From the NCBI GenBank assembly GCA_010015585.1, contig ML975149.1: 64,000 nt of DNA; one strand, given 5' to 3'. The notes beneath the pieces are model-generated. The model saw only the letters and a program-made list of their open reading frames with translations. It was not told the DNA's origin and ran no database searches. The DNA comes from Eremomyces bilateralis CBS 781.70. Its lineage: Eukaryota. How positions within the stretch are numbered: position 1 is the stretch's first letter; every line of letters begins with the position of its first letter. The translations under genes and the position numbers were made by a program. Shown piece by piece: positions 61,003 through 64,000 of the stretch.

Positions 61003-62870
61003 CTATTTGCCTCCACAGCCAATATCCGGTGGGCCGCCCGAATCCACCACTGCCTGTCTCACACAATTCCATTGTTGTGCGCCAACCGGGAGGTGACCGT
61101 AGGCATACCACTCCAAGTTATCCTTATCCGACTCCTCCCTGTATTCAAACTTCCATGCAGTAACGACGCCACATCTCCGCAGATTGGGCAGCAATTTGTC
61201 CTGGCCATAATCGCCTTCCGCCCAAAGTCCTCCATGGATAAAAAACTCGGCGTGCCAGAATTTATACCATACATCGCACGTGCCGGGTAATTTTGCGGGG
61301 ATTGGGTCTGGGCGTGAGCGCGCAGGCTCAACGAGGTACGTATAGATTTCTTTTTTATCTTTGGTAAAAGCGTACGCGCCGCCATGCTTCCAGTTTGTTG
61401 ATGTGTCACAACCGTGGAAGATCTTAGACATGGCGCTGTTACATTGCCTTTCGACCTCGTCCGAGGGTAGGGTGCCATCACTTGTTCGATGGAGTTTGAA
61501 CCGGACCTGCCCTGGTAACCCTTCGTCGTACTCGTGTTCAATCCTGCCACTAGAAAATGGCTTGTACTCGGCAGCTACCTTGTGGCAGAAGTCTTTAATA
61601 AATTTGTCCTGGCTCTTGTCGACGTATTCATTGTCGTAGCCGAAACATTGTAATTCCTCATCTAATGGTTCTTTCTTCGCTGGAGGGGGGAGGAATCCGA
61701 ACTTTGACGTGAAAAAGACAGCTGGCAGTGTGTCAGTGCTACTAAAGCCCCAGCTTATATAAAGATACGTACCGTTAACGAACTGCGTATAGCTGTCTGC
61801 ATTTTGAACTACATCCTCTGTCCTCGCCTTGGCCTTCAAAACCCAGTCAGCAATTAGGGGAGCCGTGTAGGCCCGCTCGCCCTGGTAATATTTATCAGGA
61901 ACTATGTCCCCAGTCAGCTTTAATCAAATCAGGATCATTAGCCGCCTTACCATGCGGTCGGTCCGCAGTGATGAGGTTGATATGCATCATCTCATGGAGC
62001 ATCTTGCCAGCATCGTTCTGACAGCCAAATTAACGCTTGTAAGCACGAGCATGTCGATATGGTTTACCTCGAGATAGTCCATAGAAACCGCCTTAAAGTC
62101 GCTGCTTGTGGGCCAATACCTCGCCACCTCGCCAGGCGTAAGCGTCAGAAAAAATGGCTCACATAGAACAACGTCGTAATGCCATCCTCCTAGAAAATGA
62201 TAGGTATTCTCGGCATACCCGGCGACCACCCTAAGAAATATAAGTGCTTGAATCTGTAAAAGTTATCGCCAGGAACACTCACTGGTTCGCCCCTCCGGGC
62301 TTTTTCTTACATGTACCGCTGATATCCGTGCAGTGGACATCCTATAGAGCTAGATCAGTTGGATGATACCATCCCAATGTGAGCTATAAAATAACAAGAA
62401 TTTCCCTTTAGGAAAGCTAATACGTGAAAATGTAATGAGTAACGTGAGAGTGGAAGGGAGGACACCAAATCATCTTACTAACTCACAATAACCCTACTAA
62501 GAAACGGTACTCTCCCATCTAACAATGTAATACTTTGCAAATTTGCATGTACCCTCTGTGCAAACACGTTCTCTTTGTACTTTCCATCATTTGGAATAGC
62601 CAGATATGTTGCTGCAGCCTCACCATGCTTGCCCTCATCCCACCATTCCTTTAACGCCAGCTTTGCCATCGTACGAGCATTTTTCACGGCGCTAGCAACC
62701 TTCTGATACCGGTTAACATCTTTGAGCTGGCTATCCGGTTTACGGCAGGCATCCTCGATCCGGTAAGGAATGAAGTCTTCGCGTTTTTCGAGAGCGCTTC
62801 TGATAGGGGTAATAGGAGGAGGGATAGCCAGGGCTACCAAAGGTAGAATAAGAAACAAGAAGGTACGCAT
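61003..62870 (-). CDS. Secreted M35/aspzincin-like zinc metalloprotease with Cys-rich C-terminal modules (about 523 aa)
   Basis: Exons 62870-62487, 62341-62283, 62230-62068, 62017-61951, 61901-61003, all phase-compatible. Signal peptide MRTFLFLILPLVALA, Kex2-like LEKR site, VVLCEPFF, MLHEMMH (HExxH), NADSY. Confidence 0.8.
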
Positions 62871-64000
62871 CTTGAAGGCGCGTACGGGGAGCACAGCGAT
62901 AAATAAAGATAAGTAAACGAGTGAGTAGAGACCGGAGGGTTAAATTGATACAACGAGCTGCTATGGTTCTTATATATTTCAGTAGACACCATCCTCCTTC
63001 GGGTCCCGCAATTTTTTGGGGTAGTGTTGTTAGTGAGAAAGTAGTATGCCTGTCGCAGTGTCGCTCGTCCTCGAGCAAGCGCCTAGGAAACTTGTCTCAC
63101 ACTGCTGTGAGCCCCGAATGCGGGTACCGTCTCGTTTGGGGCTCTCTTACGTTCTAGTGGCTAGTGCTGTAGTGGCAGTAGTGCATATAAATAGTGTCAC
63201 AGACCATCTGTGTTTCTTGGCATTTCTGTAGTCTTACTCCGTATACCCCTTTTTCTTGAGACATTTATACACTTCTCATATTTCCCTTTCCTCCTGGTTG
63301 TTAGGTCCTGATCATGTGTTAAGGGAGAGTTGAGTCTTGTATAATTCACAAAACAGGAGCATGGTGAAAGAGAAGCAATGTGTTACTGGCGATGGGCAAC
63401 ATATAAACAATCTTCTTGCAATTCTTCCTTCTTTCTTCTCTTTTTCTATAGTTTTGGTTTGCCGAATAGCTAGGAAGTTGAACGTGATTCTTTCCAGATC
63501 GTGTCAGGTCCCGTTTAAAATTTCCAAGTCCCCATATTTGCTGACAGAAACCCTCGTAGATCGTTAGCGTCACACAAACCACTCAGTCAAAAGGAATACC
63601 CCCTTGATGGGGGCCAGTTTAGCTCTTTTGACACTAGTTATCATTCATGATCGAAAGGAACTCCTGCGTCATAGAAACTAGTTCTTCTTAGGTTTATTTG
63701 GGAGATTAAATGAAATATAATACGCTGAGTAGTCACAGTAGAAGTGAACGACCCATATGTCAAGATTGAATGCTTCCTCTATTTGAATATGGTCTAAATA
63801 GACCTTTTCGAATGGATAGCTTCTTCTCCATGTCAGAACTCGTGAAATTTACTGCTGGGCCTGTTCAGGTTAGCATTTAGCTTTAAGAACAGATTGTTTG
63901 ATGTGTGGTTCAACGACCCAGAAGGCGCCACGTTTGATTACTTTGTGTTATGGTCCCGGGCCCTGTGGCCTGGGCCCTTGAGTATGGCTGATGCCACAGG

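Noticed and set aside
63560..64000. Minus-strand intron-like signal and coding-like remnant at the right edge
   Set aside because: Multiple stops, no identifiable family, and cut by the window edge.
1..64000. CRISPR arrays, rRNA genes, spliceosomal snRNAs, secondary-metabolite cluster, Starship captain recombinase
   Set aside because: No repeat-spacer array, no 5S/U1/U2/U6 signature, and no PKS, NRPS or tyrosine-recombinase motifs seen.

Overview
Eukaryotic, intron-containing DNA from a filamentous ascomycete (Pezizomycotina; GT..CTRAC/CTAAT..YAG introns mostly 45-150 nt), with one 660-N assembly gap. From 1-49 kb it is mostly core genome: KCS1-type inositol polyphosphate kinase (5' part), a conserved hypothetical protein, LYC1-like GNAT, RBR E3 ligase, homeobox transcription factor, GPP1-type HAD phosphatase, VSB1-like SLC26/STAS transporter, IME2 kinase, a frameshifted DUF6536-like membrane gene, an SRPK-like kinase, DBR1 and PIL1. 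From 49-64 kb it becomes decaying or accessory: a broken ABCC transporter, LSM8, a hAT remnant, a decapitated NACHT-ankyrin NLR abutting a Fot1/pogo remnant, and an apparently intact secreted M35-like metalloprotease with Cys-rich C-terminal modules. The best novelty candidates are (1) a non-tRNA structured RNA with a full Pol III signal set at about 3620-3820 (-), (2) a cryptic spliced membrane-protein gene with a duplicated 9-codon block at 24.3-25.1 kb, and (3) a recurring C-rich then G-rich switch inside many coding sequences. Exon boundaries were read by hand and family calls rest on motif recognition, not on database searches.
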